A stretch of 64,000 bases of DNA from an uncultured Clostridia bacterium. GTDB taxonomy: Bacteria; Bacillota; Clostridia; Christensenellales; UBA1242. The position numbers and the translations under genes are program-made. The notes beneath the pieces were generated by a model that saw only the letters and a program-made list of their open reading frames with translations, did not search any database and was not told the DNA's origin. Shown here piece after piece: positions 28,991 through 40,396 of the stretch. Numbering within the stretch: position 1 is the stretch's first letter; each line of letters starts with the position of its first letter. The stretch lies in assembly GCA_944351415.1 (NCBI GenBank), contig CALVPQ010000002.1, positions 801 to 64,800 on the forward strand. The letters run 5' to 3'.

Positions 28991-29742
28991 TGCTTACAAA
29001 GTTAAGCAAAAACTTAATAAAAGAAATAAAGAAGCAAAAACATGAAAAAAGTTATTTGCTTTTTTTGGATAACATAAAGATAATTAAAGATGCACTATCT
29101 ATGGGGCTAAAGCCTAAATTTTTGTTAACCTGTGACGAAAATCTTATAACTGAAGAAATATTATCATTTTTAGATAAAGACATAATTTTTATAGTTGATT
29201 ATAGAACAATAGAACAGTTATCAGACAGTAAAACACCACAGGGTGTGGTATGTATTATAGAATACACACCACATATAGTAGAAAAACCAAAAACTAATTA
29301 TTTAATTATTGATGGTTTGCAAGACCCTGGAAATGTTGGTTCTTTAATACGAACTGCGGCTGCCTGTGGTTTTGATTATGTTTATTTAATAGACAGTGTA
29401 AAGGTCACAAATTCTAAGCTTATTAGAAGTAGTGTTGGAACGATTTTTAATGTTAAAGTTTTTGAACTATCAAGAAAGCAGTTTATTGAAAAAATAAAAG
29501 AATGGCATTTAAAACTTTTAAAGGCAGATATGAATGGCACAAATATTTTTAGGTTTAACAATACTGAACAGATAGGTGTCGTTGTTGGAAATGAGGGTCA
29601 AGGTGTATCAAAAGAAATATCAGATTTGTGCTGTATGTCAATTTCTATTCCAATGAAAAATAATGTTGAAAGTTTAAATGCAGCAATATCAGGTTCTATT
29701 ATAATGTATGAAATTTCAAAAAATAGTTTTGAAATATCATAA
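28990..29742 (+). CDS. TrmH/SpoU family RNA 2'-O-methyltransferase
   Basis: QDPGNVGSLIRTAAA, VVGNEGQGVS and ESLNAA motifs. Same position as ysgA after rplT. Confidence 0.85.
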   Translation: MLTKLSKNLIKEIKKQKHEKSYLLFLDNIKIIKDALSMGLKPKFLLTCDENLITEEILSFLDKDIIFIVDYRTIEQLSDSKTPQGVVCIIEYTPHIVEKPKTNYLIIDGLQDPGNVGSLIRTAAACGFDYVYLIDSVKVTNSKLIRSSVGTIFNVKVFELSRKQFIEKIKEWHLKLLKADMNGTNIFRFNNTEQIGVVVGNEGQGVSKEISDLCCMSISIPMKNNVESLNAAISGSIIMYEISKNSFEIS

Positions 29743-29809
29743 GACGTATATATAATGTTTATAGTTTTATGTTAGTTTAAGAGATTAACAAAATTTAAGG
29801 AGGCGCAAA

Positions 29810-30544
29810 ATGTCAGGACATTCTAAATGGCATAACATACAAGCAAGAAAGGGAAAAAGCGATGCTGCTCGTGGAAAGATTTTTACTAAAATAGGAAGAG
29901 AAATAGCAGTTTGTGTTAAAGCTGGTGGGGCAGACCCTGTTTCAAACCCTAAACTTAAAGATATTATAGCCAAAGCTAAGCAAAACAATATGCCTAATGA
30001 TACAATTGAAAGAAGTATAAAAAAGGCTGCAGGTGAACAAGGTGGTGTTAACTATGAAAGTTGCACTTATGAAGGTTATGGAACTGGCGGAGCTGCAGTT
30101 ATAGTTGAATGTTTAACAGATAATAAAAATAGAACTGCTGGTGATGTGCGACACTCTTTTGATAAATTCGGAGGTTCTCTTGGTTCTACTGGCTGTGTAA
30201 GCTACTTATTTCAAAGAAAGGGTATTGTTGTAGTTGAAAAAAATGATAAAGTAGACAGTGATGAATTAATGCTTACAGCTTTAGATTTAGGAGCTATTGA
30301 TATTGTTGAATATGATGATTCGTTTGAAGTTATTTGTTCGGCAAATGAACATTCAAAACTGAGTGATAATTTAGTAAATGCCGGTTACAATGTTTTAAGT
30401 GCAGAAACCACAATGGTTCCTGATAGCTATATTGACTTAGATGAAGAAAAATTATCTAAATTTTCAAAAATGATTGAAGCACTTGAAGATTTAGATGATG
30501 TTCAAGAAGTTTATCATAATGTAAATATTGACAATGAAAATTAG
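29810..30544 (+). CDS. YebC/PmpR family DNA-binding regulator
   Basis: [16 protein letters not shown]-terminus is diagnostic. Confidence 0.93.
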   Translation: MSGHSKWHNIQARKGKSDAARGKIFTKIGREIAVCVKAGGADPVSNPKLKDIIAKAKQNNMPNDTIERSIKKAAGEQGGVNYESCTYEGYGTGGAAVIVECLTDNKNRTAGDVRHSFDKFGGSLGSTGCVSYLFQRKGIVVVEKNDKVDSDELMLTALDLGAIDIVEYDDSFEVICSANEHSKLSDNLVNAGYNVLSAETTMVPDSYIDLDEEKLSKFSKMIEALEDLDDVQEVYHNVNIDNEN

Positions 30545-30550
30545 AAAATA

Positions 30551-30631
30551 AAAGAATTAACTATATTGATGAAGTAAAATTTTAAGTAGTTACTTTTAGT
30601 TTTTTCATAAATTAGTTAATTCTTTTTTTTT
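30551..30631 (+). terminator. long-loop terminator after yebC
   Basis: 12-bp arms AAAGAATTAACT / AGTTAATTCTTT about 50 nt apart, followed by T9. A small inner hairpin is also present. Confidence 0.5.
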
Positions 30632-30714
30632 ATTTATTTTACCTTATAAATTTTTTAATGGGTATTGATTATTTAGTTTATTTGTGTTATAATTCTCATA
30701 TAAAGGAGAGTTTT

Positions 30715-30996
30715 ATGGGGAGAAATTGGTATGCTGAATGGGAAGCAGAGAAAGAAAGACGTGAAGAAAAACTTTGGGAACAGATGCAAGAAGAAAATGA
30801 AAGAAAACGTTTAGAAGAACAGGAAAAACTTTCAAAAATAGAAAGTGCGGAATCAAAAATTAAATCTGAGCAAATATACTTTATTCCTGTTGGAAACGGT
30901 CGAGAACAGCTTTCATTTTTACCACCTGTTGATAAATCTCAAAAAGCTCAGACGTCAAAAAATGTTACAGAAGAAGAACAATACTTAGGTAACTAA
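30715..30996 (+). CDS. hypothetical E/K-rich coiled-coil protein (93 aa)
   Basis: ATG at 30715 after AAAGGAGAG. It has its own terminator. No recognisable motif. Confidence 0.5.
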   Translation: MGRNWYAEWEAEKERREEKLWEQMQEENERKRLEEQEKLSKIESAESKIKSEQIYFIPVGNGREQLSFLPPVDKSQKAQTSKNVTEEEQYLGN

Positions 30997-31024
30997 AACG
31001 GTATTTATTAATACCGTTTTTTTA
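30995..31024 (+). terminator. terminator
   Basis: AAAACGGTAT/ATACCGTTTT stem with a T-run. Confidence 0.8.
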
Positions 31025-31103
31025 TTTTATAATTAATCAATCAAGTATAAAAACTAATCTATTTTAATTTGACTTAAAATATAATTTATTGTAAAATATA
31101 ACT

Positions 31104-31598
31104 ATGATAATTTTAGGAATTGACCCTGGGTATGCAATAATTGGTTATGGAGTAATAGATAATTCGAAAAGCGATTCAGAAATGGTTTTGGATTATGGAG
31201 CTATCACAACTCCAAAAGAGGATAGCTTGCCAATTAGGTTAGAAGCGATAGAAACTAGCCTTAAGTTTTTATTTGATAAATTTAAACCTGACGTAGTAGC
31301 AATTGAAGAGTTATTTTATTTTAAAAATCAAAAAACTATTATTCAAGTTGCTCAAGCCAGGGGAGTTATAATTCTTGCTTGTCAAAAATATTGTGGTAAG
31401 ATTTATGAATACACACCATTACAAATAAAACAAGCTCTTACAGGTCAAGGTAGAGCAGAAAAGGCTCAAGTTCAATATATGGTTAAGGCAATACTTGGCT
31501 TAAATTCAATTCCAAAACCTGACGATGCAGCTGATGCACTTGCTGTTGCTATTTGCCATAGCCAAACTAGTCCAAGTTTAAATCAAAATAAGGTTTAA
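31104..31598 (+). CDS. ruvC: Holliday junction resolvase RuvC
   Basis: ILGIDPG N-terminus and C-terminal PDDAADALAVAICH. Confidence 0.93.
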   Translation: MIILGIDPGYAIIGYGVIDNSKSDSEMVLDYGAITTPKEDSLPIRLEAIETSLKFLFDKFKPDVVAIEELFYFKNQKTIIQVAQARGVIILACQKYCGKIYEYTPLQIKQALTGQGRAEKAQVQYMVKAILGLNSIPKPDDAADALAVAICHSQTSPSLNQNKV

Positions 31599-31618
31599 GT
31601 TTCTAAAAAGGAGATAAA

Positions 31619-32218
31619 ATGATATCATTTTTAATAGGAGTAATCGACGAAAAAAAAGAGAATTATTTAACAATAGATGTAAATGGTGTGGGCTATGAAC
31701 TCACAGTATCAAACAATACATTAGTTTCATTACCTATGCCTGGTGAAAATGCAAAAATCTTTACTTTCCTTTCACTTAGAGAAGATGGGGTATCTCTATA
31801 TGGTTTTTCTACTATTGAAGAAAGAGATTTATTTAATAAATTGATAACGGTAAGTGGAATAGGTCCAAAAGTTGCAATTACAATTCTTTCAGGGTTAAGT
31901 ATATCAGACTTAATTATTGCTATTTCAAATCAAGATATAAGACTCTTATCAAAAATTAAAGGGCTTGGTAAAAAGACTGCTGAAAGGTTATGTTTAGAAT
32001 TAAAAGATAAATTAAACATTCTTGATGTTGGTGCTAGCGATAATATGAATAACTTTGATATAAATTATAATGAAGACGCGGTTCAAATGGCAACAGATAC
32101 ACTTATAAGCTTAGGCATCAATAAAAATGAAGCTTATATGCTTGCTCGTTCTAATGCAGCAAATAATGCCACGGCGGAAGAAATTATTTCAAAATCACTA
32201 AGGGGGTATAAGGGCTAA
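31619..32218 (+). CDS. ruvA: Holliday junction helicase subunit RuvA
   Basis: [10 protein letters not shown] domain and HhH motifs GIGPKVA and [11 protein letters not shown]. Confidence 0.93.
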   Translation: MISFLIGVIDEKKENYLTIDVNGVGYELTVSNNTLVSLPMPGENAKIFTFLSLREDGVSLYGFSTIEERDLFNKLITVSGIGPKVAITILSGLSISDLIIAISNQDIRLLSKIKGLGKKTAERLCLELKDKLNILDVGASDNMNNFDINYNEDAVQMATDTLISLGINKNEAYMLARSNAANNATAEEIISKSLRGYKG

Positions 32219-33228
32219 TGGAAGAAAATGAAAGATTTATTACAAGCACAAAAAACCTTACTGATGCTGAAATAGAAAACTCATTAAGACCAACAACGTT
32301 TGATGAATATATTGGGCAAACAAAAGTTAAAGAAGCTTTATCAGTTTATATAAAAGCAGCAAAATCACGAAAGGAGAGTCTTGACCATGTGTTACTTTAC
32401 GGTCCACCAGGGCTAGGAAAAACAACATTATCACACATTATAGCAAACGAACTTGGTTCTCAATTTAAAGTCACTTCAGGCCCGGCTATTGAACATGCCG
32501 CAGATTTGGCGGCTATTTTAACTAATTTAAACCAGAATGATGTTCTGTTTATAGATGAAATACATAGGCTCAATAAAACTGTAGAAGAAATATTGTATCC
32601 AGCAATGGAAGATTTTGCTTTGGATTTTATTGTGGGAAAAGGTCCATCTGCAAGAAACATGCGCTTAAAAATAAAACCATTTACTTTAATTGGTGCAACC
32701 ACAAGAGCAGGTATGCTTACAAATCCATTACGTGATAGATTTGGTGTTATTTGTAGACTTGAACTATATTCCACAGAAGAGCTGGCAGTAATAATAAATA
32801 GGTCAGCCAAAATTCTTGGAGTAAAAATTGAACAAGATGCCTGTATTGAAATTGCAAAAAGGTCGAGAGGAACACCTCGAATAGCAAATAGACTTTTAAA
32901 ACGTGTAAGGGATTATGCCCAAGTTATTGGACAGGGACATGTTACAAAAGAAATTGCAAATAAAACTTTACAAATTATGGAAATTGATGAACTAGGTCTT
33001 GATACAATTGATAGAAAAATTTTATTATCTATAATAAATAAGTTTGGAGGAGGTCCTGTAGGATTAGATACATTGTCTGCAACAATAAGTGAAGATGCAA
33101 CAACTATAGAAGATGTATACGAACCTTATCTTCTTCAATTAGGATTTATTTCAAGGACTCCTCGCGGAAGAATAGCTTTGGAGCCTGCGTATAAGCATTT
33201 TGGGTTATCTTATATAAGTAAGAGCTAA
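32218..33228 (+). CDS. ruvB: Holliday junction helicase RuvB
   Basis: Walker [18 protein letters not shown], and [11 protein letters not shown]. Confidence 0.97.
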   Translation: MEENERFITSTKNLTDAEIENSLRPTTFDEYIGQTKVKEALSVYIKAAKSRKESLDHVLLYGPPGLGKTTLSHIIANELGSQFKVTSGPAIEHAADLAAILTNLNQNDVLFIDEIHRLNKTVEEILYPAMEDFALDFIVGKGPSARNMRLKIKPFTLIGATTRAGMLTNPLRDRFGVICRLELYSTEELAVIINRSAKILGVKIEQDACIEIAKRSRGTPRIANRLLKRVRDYAQVIGQGHVTKEIANKTLQIMEIDELGLDTIDRKILLSIINKFGGGPVGLDTLSATISEDATTIEDVYEPYLLQLGFISRTPRGRIALEPAYKHFGLSYISKS

Positions 33229-33321
33229 ATATTTTCTTTTTAATAGAACAATTTAATTATAACATATAATAAAAACCAAATAAGCTATAAATTAATTATA
33301 GTAATTTAAAGAAGGTATAAA

Positions 33322-34368
33322 ATGACTAACATAGACAATAAAGATTTATTTTTAAAAAGTAGCTATTATTATAATTTACCAGAAAAATTAATAGCACAAA
33401 CTCCAATTGAGCCTAGAGATAGTTCAAGGCTCCTTATTTATCATAGAGCAAGCAAAAAAATAGAACATAAAGTTTTTCATGATATTATTGATTATTTAAA
33501 ATCTGGAGATGTTTTAGTTATAAACAATACTAGAGTTTTACCTGCAAGACTTATTGGTTTTAAGGATACGGGAGCAAAAATTGAAATTTTACTTCAAAAA
33601 CGTATTGATTTAACAAACTGGGAAGTCATAGCAAAACCATTTAAACGTTTAAATATTGGAACAAAAGTTACTTTTAGTGAAAATCTTTCATGTATCATAA
33701 CGGATAAAAAAGAATATGGTAGTTGTAATATTCAATTCTTATTTGAAGGGGTTTTTGAAGAGCGGTTAGAAGAAGTTGGACAAATGCCATTACCACCATA
33801 TATACACGAAAAATTAAAAGATAAAGAGCGGTATCAAACAGTATATTCTAAAATTGAAGGCTCATCTGCAGCTCCAACTGCTGGACTTCATTTTACACCT
33901 GAATTATTAAACAGAATTAAAGAAAAGGGGATTGAAATTGTTGAAGTGCTACTTCATGTTGGTCTTGGAACATTTAGACCAGTTAAAGAAGATAATATTT
34001 TAAACCATGGAATGCATAGTGAATATATTGAAATGACTGAATCTAATGCTGAAATTATTAATAAGGCAAAAAAAGAACAACGAAGAGTAATTGCTGTAGG
34101 AACAACGTCAGTTCGTGTTTTAGAGAGTTGTGTAGATGAACATGGAACAGTTATCCCTCAAAATAGGGAAACAGATATATTTATATATCCAGGTTATAAA
34201 TTTAAAGTAGTCGATGCACTGATAACAAATTTTCACCTACCTGAAAGCACTCTTATAATGCTTGTGTCAGCATTTGCAGGGTATGATGAAACAATGAATA
34301 TATATAATGAAGCCGTGAAAAAAGCATATAGATTTTTCTCTTTTGGTGATGCCATGTTTATTGATTAA
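33322..34368 (+). CDS. queA: S-adenosylmethionine:tRNA ribosyltransferase-isomerase
   Basis: [25 protein letters not shown]-terminus and C-terminal [10 protein letters not shown]. Confidence 0.95.
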   Translation: MTNIDNKDLFLKSSYYYNLPEKLIAQTPIEPRDSSRLLIYHRASKKIEHKVFHDIIDYLKSGDVLVINNTRVLPARLIGFKDTGAKIEILLQKRIDLTNWEVIAKPFKRLNIGTKVTFSENLSCIITDKKEYGSCNIQFLFEGVFEERLEEVGQMPLPPYIHEKLKDKERYQTVYSKIEGSSAAPTAGLHFTPELLNRIKEKGIEIVEVLLHVGLGTFRPVKEDNILNHGMHSEYIEMTESNAEIINKAKKEQRRVIAVGTTSVRVLESCVDEHGTVIPQNRETDIFIYPGYKFKVVDALITNFHLPESTLIMLVSAFAGYDETMNIYNEAVKKAYRFFSFGDAMFID

Positions 34369-34370
34369 TC

Positions 34371-34425
34371 TATTATGCAATACATAATACTATATAATGT
34401 ATTAATTATGCAATACATAATACTA
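34371..34425. repeat. 21-bp direct repeat (2 copies, 33-bp period), each copy containing the palindrome TATTATG-N5-CATAATA
   Basis: ATTATGCAATACATAATACTA occurs at 34372-34392 and again at 34405-34425, between the queA stop and the tgt promoter. Confidence 0.9.
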
Positions 34426-34443
34426 AATATTTTTATTTTGTAA

Positions 34444-35613
<1,170 letters not shown>

Positions 35614-35931
35614 AATAAAGATTTTATTTCAAAAATATTTTTTATATTCTTTTGTAAACCACATTTTAAATCAAATCTTACTATTTTTATCCTAATCTTA
35701 TTTTTATAAATATTGCTAAAAAATGCATTATTTATATGCTTTGTATTTTGTGTTAATATAATTTTAGTTATTTTTTTATAAATATTTATCATATAATATA
35801 AATGGAAAAGCAAGACTATTTCTATAATGGATTTATATATGTAAATATTAATAGAATTTAAAACTTTGAATAATTAATAAACTTAGGTTCATGAAGGTAA
35901 TGTTTTTAATTTATTTTTCTATTAGAATTAT

Positions 35932-35960
35932 TTGACAAATATTTCTTCATTTTGTATACT
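35932..35960 (+). promoter_or_regulatory. sigma-A promoter for rny
   Basis: TTGACA, 17 bp, TATACT. Confidence 0.6.
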
Positions 35961-36000
35961 TATTATGGTAGATTTTTTCTATCTTAAAAAGGGGTTATAA

Positions 36001-37590
36001 ATGAGCAGTTTAAGTATTTTATGTAATGCTGCTGTTACCGCCGGAGTCGTAAGTGGAATTATTGCCCTTATAATAGGAGCAATAGTTGGAGCGATAGTTT
36101 ATAAAGTTGTCATAAATAAAAAAATTGACAAAAGTAAAACAAATGCTGTAAAAATTATAGAAGAGGCGTATGCAGAAGCAAAGAACATAAAAAAAGAATC
36201 AATGCTTGAGGCTAAAGATGAAGCACAAAAAATAAGAGAACAAGCAAATGATGAAGTAAAAGAAAGAAGAAGTGAAATTTTAAAACAAGAAGAACGTTTA
36301 AATCAAAGAGAAGAGTATATTACCAAAAAGGAGACATCTCTTGATGCAAAATCAGAGCAACTTGAAAACGAAAAAAATCAACTCGAAATCAATAAACAAC
36401 AATTAAATGATAAAATCAAAGAGCAAGAAGAAGTTAAAGAACAGATGCTTGCTAAATTAGAAAAAATATCTGGCTTATCAAAGAAAGAGGCTAAAGATAT
36501 TCTACTTGAAAATGTAACAGAAGAAGCAAAAAAAGATGCTGGTGTAATTATAAAAAGAATAGAAGACGAAGCAAGAGAAAATGCAGATAAGATAGCAAAA
36601 GATATAGTAGTTAATGCTATACAAAAATGTGCGACTGACCTTACTTCAGAAGCAACTGTAACATCTGTTCCTTTACCGAATGACGATATGAAAGGTCGTA
36701 TAATAGGTAGAGAAGGTAGAAATATTAGGTCAATAGAAAGTGCTACCGGAGTAGAACTTATTGTTGATGACACTCCAGAATCAATTACAATCTCAAGTTT
36801 TGACCCAATAAGAAGGGAAATAGCAAGGTTAAGCCTTGAGAAATTAATACTTGATGGGCGTATTCACCCAGCAAGAATTGAAGAAGTTGTTCAAAAAGCA
36901 ACAAAAGAAATAGAAAAAACCATTAAGGAAGCAGGCGAAGAGGCTTGTAATGAAGTTGGTATTTATAATCTTAATCCTGAACTTGTTAAAGTTCTTGGCA
37001 GGCTTAAATACCGAACTAGTTTTGGTCAAAACTGTTTGAAACATAGCATAGAAACTTCAATTATTGCAGGACTTTTGGCTACTGAACTTGGAGTTAATGT
37101 TGCTGTTGCTAAACGTGGTGGTCTTCTTCACGACATTGGAAAAGCTCTAGACCATGAAATAGAAGGAACACATGTATCAATTGGTGTTGATTTAACAAAA
37201 AAATACAAGGAGTCTGATGCGGTAATTCACTGTATTGAAGCACATCATGGAGATGTTCCGTTCCATAGTGTTGAAGCTGTTATCGTTCAAGTGGCTGATG
37301 CTATTTCAAGTTCAAGACCTGGAGCAAGACGAGAAAGTTTTGAAAATTATATTAAGAGATTGCAACAACTTGAAGGTATTTGTAACGATTTTAAGGGGGT
37401 TGAAAAATCTTATGCTATTCAAGCGGGTCGAGAAGTAAGGATTATGGTGAAACCTGAACAGATAAGTGATAGTGAATCAATCGTTCTTGCAAAAGATATT
37501 GCAAAAAGAATTGAAAATGAAATGCAATATCCTGGGCAAATAAAGGTTGTTGTTATACGTGAAAACAGAGTAACTGAAACAGCTAAGTAA
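36001..37590 (+). CDS. rny: ribonuclease Y
   Basis: N-terminal TM, a coiled coil, KH ([12 protein letters not shown]) and HD (LLHDIGKA...HH) domains. Confidence 0.96.
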   Translation: MSSLSILCNAAVTAGVVSGIIALIIGAIVGAIVYKVVINKKIDKSKTNAVKIIEEAYAEAKNIKKESMLEAKDEAQKIREQANDEVKERRSEILKQEERLNQREEYITKKETSLDAKSEQLENEKNQLEINKQQLNDKIKEQEEVKEQMLAKLEKISGLSKKEAKDILLENVTEEAKKDAGVIIKRIEDEARENADKIAKDIVVNAIQKCATDLTSEATVTSVPLPNDDMKGRIIGREGRNIRSIESATGVELIVDDTPESITISSFDPIRREIARLSLEKLILDGRIHPARIEEVVQKATKEIEKTIKEAGEEACNEVGIYNLNPELVKVLGRLKYRTSFGQNCLKHSIETSIIAGLLATELGVNVAVAKRGGLLHDIGKALDHEIEGTHVSIGVDLTKKYKESDAVIHCIEAHHGDVPFHSVEAVIVQVADAISSSRPGARRESFENYIKRLQQLEGICNDFKGVEKSYAIQAGREVRIMVKPEQISDSESIVLAKDIAKRIENEMQYPGQIKVVVIRENRVTETAK

Positions 37591-37674
37591 AAACTACAAT
37601 TATAATAAATTTTTAAATATAATAAATAAAACAAATTCTATATATGATAATAAACCATAATTAAAAATAATCTT

Positions 37675-37718
37675 AAAAAAACAGATAGTAAATATTTTAT
37701 ATTTCTATCTGTTTTTTC
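37675..37718. terminator. rny terminator (A-run/T-run flanked)
   Basis: Stem ACAGATAG/CTATCTGT followed by TTTTTT. Confidence 0.7.
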
Positions 37719-37749
37719 ATATAACTTTAATTTTGTAATATTATATATT

Positions 37750-38355
37750 ATGAATTTTATTTTAGATTTTTTTACTGAAAACTTTTATAATTGTGTATGG
37801 CTTCTTGTTGTTATTGTTGCCATCTGTCCAACTTTAGAGAGCAAAATTGCTATTCCTCTTGCTATGAATACTGCACTATGGGGAACTAATGCTTTATCTC
37901 CATTTTTTGCTTTAATTTTAAGCTTTTTAGGTTCATTGCTCCCAAGTTATATTATCATGTTTATCGTTCGTAAAATTAAATCAAGAACATCAGGCTTTAT
38001 TATAAATAAATATTTAAAGAAATATATATCTAAAAGTAAAAATTTAGAAAATCATAAAAACAATTTTTTAAAATATTTTATGCTTACTGCCTTTATTTCA
38101 GTTCCTTTACCGTTAACAGGAGTTTGGACGGGTAGTTTAATAGCGGGCTTATCGAATTTAAACATCAACTATTGCTTTATATCAATTACAATAGGCTCTT
38201 TAATATCTGCTACAGCAATAACAATTCTTTGCACACTTTACGAAAATTCTATAACTTATATTTTAATGATTTCATTGGTGATAATTATATTATTTATGTT
38301 TATAGATTTGTTTATATCTTTGTTGAAACCAAAAATCAATAAAAATAAAGTATGA
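37750..38355 (+). CDS. small multidrug-export-like membrane protein (COG2426 type)
   Basis: LESKIAIPLAM motif near the N-terminus. 201 aa, 4-5 TMs. Confidence 0.55.
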   Translation: MNFILDFFTENFYNCVWLLVVIVAICPTLESKIAIPLAMNTALWGTNALSPFFALILSFLGSLLPSYIIMFIVRKIKSRTSGFIINKYLKKYISKSKNLENHKNNFLKYFMLTAFISVPLPLTGVWTGSLIAGLSNLNINYCFISITIGSLISATAITILCTLYENSITYILMISLVIIILFMFIDLFISLLKPKINKNKV

Positions 38356-38365
38356 AAAAATAATT

Positions 38366-40246
38366 TTACCTCCAATATTTTACTAATAAATACCTTTTTA
38401 AATAATACCTAAATGGAAATGCTACAAAAATCAGAATTTGTAGAAGTATAGTTGTAGTTGCAAATTCTGCAAAAGCTTCAGGATTTAACCCACATATAAA
38501 ATTTATTCCAATAACTAGAGCTATAAGTATAAACGTGATTAGCCACATTTTCCATTGTTGCAACATTGGATTAGGTATCCAACCTTGATATTTTTTATAA
38601 TTATAAAATTTAACACAAACATCAATAACTAGTAATGCCGGTAAAAGTATGTATAGAAAATTAGTATTAGGATTAAGGTTCGATGTTTTTGCAAATATCG
38701 AATACAATACAACAGAGAAGATACTTGCAACGAAAAAGCAAATTAATGAAACTATCAAATAGATTTTGTTTGTATTATGTTCTGTCTTTTCTGCTGGTTT
38801 TTTATAAACACTAAATGATATATTCTGACCATTATAAAATTCCTTTAGGTCATTATAATCATATAGAGCATCATCTCTTATTTCTTCATAAGTTGAATCT
38901 TTTGTCTTTGAATATAATTTAGAAAGTATTTCTTTATGAGATGGGTCTATAGAAGTGTCACGTTTTGGAGGTGGCATTTTATAATTATCTCTTTCTCGGT
39001 TACTGATTTCATTAACAATTTTTAATCTAGGTGGTTCTATTTTTTTTGCATGTTCCAATTGAGCACCATCTATTCTGTTGGTTATAAACTTAGCATCATC
39101 TTTAACTGTAACATCAGTTTCATTTTTCTTCTTGTTTTCCAACGTCATATCTTGATAAGATTGTGTTTCTCGATTAAATCTATAAGACATTTTCTTCACA
39201 TAATCAGTATTGCTGCTTTGAGTGTCATATTTATTTTTATTCTCTAAAATAGAGTTTTTAAATTCTTCAATATTTGATTTTGTTCGTGCATTAGATTCGC
39301 TGATAGGAGTAGGGTTATCCACAGTTATAGCTATTTGGTCCTCTGCAAAACTTTTCTTCCTTTTATACTTATTTATATCTTTAGAAATATCATATAAACG
39401 TCTATTATATTCTTCAACATCTTTACTAGTTAAAAAAACAGCATCATCTTTTTTATCTATTTCTTCTTGTTTTTTATCATTTTCTATATTTTCAAAATCA
39501 TTATTGCTGATATTTTCACTTGCTTGCTCTATTTTATTGTCCTCATTATTTACTTTATCTATAAATTCATCTTTTTTATTACTATTAATATCTGTAGAAG
39601 TAAAGAGTGATTTAATAGAATATGTGTTGGTGTTTACTTTGTCCTCATAAACAACTTTTCCATTGTTTGTTTCATCTTCTTTTTGCAAAAGGGGAGAGTC
39701 ATTGTCTGAATTAAACTTTTTGTTTTCACTATCATCAACATCTGAAAAATCAAAATAGTCGTCACTATCAGTTTCACTTTCTTCGGTTTTATCCTGAAGT
39801 GAATTATCTATACTATTAACAGAAGGTTCATTTGTAGAATCATTCAAGTCTAATAAACTAATATCCTTATCAAACATATTTAGATTATTGGAACTAGTAT
39901 TTACAATTTTAATATCAGTTTTAAACCCATTTTCACTGAAATCTCTAAACACATCAATATTATTTCTATCAAAATAATCTTTCAAATCTTGATAAAATAT
40001 TCGACCTTTTTCTGTTATTGAATAATATTTTCTATTTGGCCCTAAATCACTGCTTTTTAGATATGAAGAAACATAGCCTTGTTTTTCCATTCTAGTCAAA
40101 TTTGAGTAAACACTAGGCTTCTTCAATTCTATTCTTCCATTGGATTTTTTATAAATCTCGCTTATAAAATCAAGTCCATAAAAATCGCGTTCCAATAGAC
40201 AATTTAATATTAAAAAGGATAATTGACCTTTTGCATATAAATCCAT
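38366..40246 (-). CDS. membrane-anchored PadR-family transcriptional regulator with a long disordered linker
   Basis: N-terminal PadR wHTH (FLILNCLLERDFYGLDFISEI...SVYSNLTRMEKQGYV...RKYYSITEKG). About 400 aa of D/E/N/K/S-rich linker. A C-terminal 4-TM domain. Confidence 0.75.
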   Translation of the reverse strand: MDLYAKGQLSFLILNCLLERDFYGLDFISEIYKKSNGRIELKKPSVYSNLTRMEKQGYVSSYLKSSDLGPNRKYYSITEKGRIFYQDLKDYFDRNNIDVFRDFSENGFKTDIKIVNTSSNNLNMFDKDISLLDLNDSTNEPSVNSIDNSLQDKTEESETDSDDYFDFSDVDDSENKKFNSDNDSPLLQKEDETNNGKVVYEDKVNTNTYSIKSLFTSTDINSNKKDEFIDKVNNEDNKIEQASENISNNDFENIENDKKQEEIDKKDDAVFLTSKDVEEYNRRLYDISKDINKYKRKKSFAEDQIAITVDNPTPISESNARTKSNIEEFKNSILENKNKYDTQSSNTDYVKKMSYRFNRETQSYQDMTLENKKKNETDVTVKDDAKFITNRIDGAQLEHAKKIEPPRLKIVNEISNRERDNYKMPPPKRDTSIDPSHKEILSKLYSKTKDSTYEEIRDDALYDYNDLKEFYNGQNISFSVYKKPAEKTEHNTNKIYLIVSLICFFVASIFSVVLYSIFAKTSNLNPNTNFLYILLPALLVIDVCVKFYNYKKYQGWIPNPMLQQWKMWLITFILIALVIGINFICGLNPEAFAEFATTTILLQILIFVAFPFRYYLKRYLLVKYWR

Positions 40247-40265
40247 AAAAACCTCTTATAAAATG

Positions 40266-40294
40266 ATTATAATCCAATATTTGATATTAGTCAA
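40266..40294 (-). promoter_or_regulatory. sigma-A promoter of the PadR-like gene
   Basis: On the minus strand: TTGACT, 17 bp, TATAAT. AAGAGG RBS before the ATG at 40246. Confidence 0.6.
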
Positions 40295-40319
40295 CAAATT
40301 TTAAAATTTTATTAGGTAA

Positions 40320-40362
40320 AATTTAATTAAGTATTATGCATGACATAATACTTAATTAAATT
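40320..40362. promoter_or_regulatory. perfect 43-bp palindrome (19-bp arms, 5-bp centre), candidate operator
   Basis: AATTTAATTAAGTATTATG-CATGA-CATAATACTTAATTAAATT. It lies in the divergent region, and its right arm abuts the -35 of the DUF45 gene promoter. Confidence 0.7.
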
Positions 40363-40389
40363 GCAAAATCTTTTTTATTTAGTTATAAT
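40361..40389 (+). promoter_or_regulatory. promoter giving a leaderless DUF45 mRNA
   Basis: TTGCAA, 17 bp, TATAAT. The ATG at 40397 is 7 nt after the -10, with no SD. Confidence 0.5.
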
Positions 40390-40396
40390 ATTAATT

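Noticed and set aside
33229-33321. preQ1 riboswitch upstream of queA or tgt.
   Set aside because: There is no compact hairpin followed by the conserved A-rich/CUA tail pattern. queA and tgt are not the usual preQ1-regulated genes.
34371-34425. Possible CRISPR array.
   Set aside because: Only two 21-bp repeat copies with a 12-bp spacer, and no cas genes. It is interpreted as an operator pair instead. No other CRISPR-like periodic repeats were seen in the window.
36378-36773. Long antisense ORFs inside well-supported genes. Examples: 36378-36773 in rny, 52327-52755 in pheT, 39222-39650 in the PadR-like gene, 22200-22559 in spoIIIAE, 32460-32810 in ruvB, 62001-62580 in gap, and 12431-12676 in nusA.
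   Set aside because: Each lies opposite a gene with unmistakable family motifs. Their products are low-complexity S/I/F/L-rich strings typical of shadow frames of GAA/AAA-rich coding sequence. No RBS is present.
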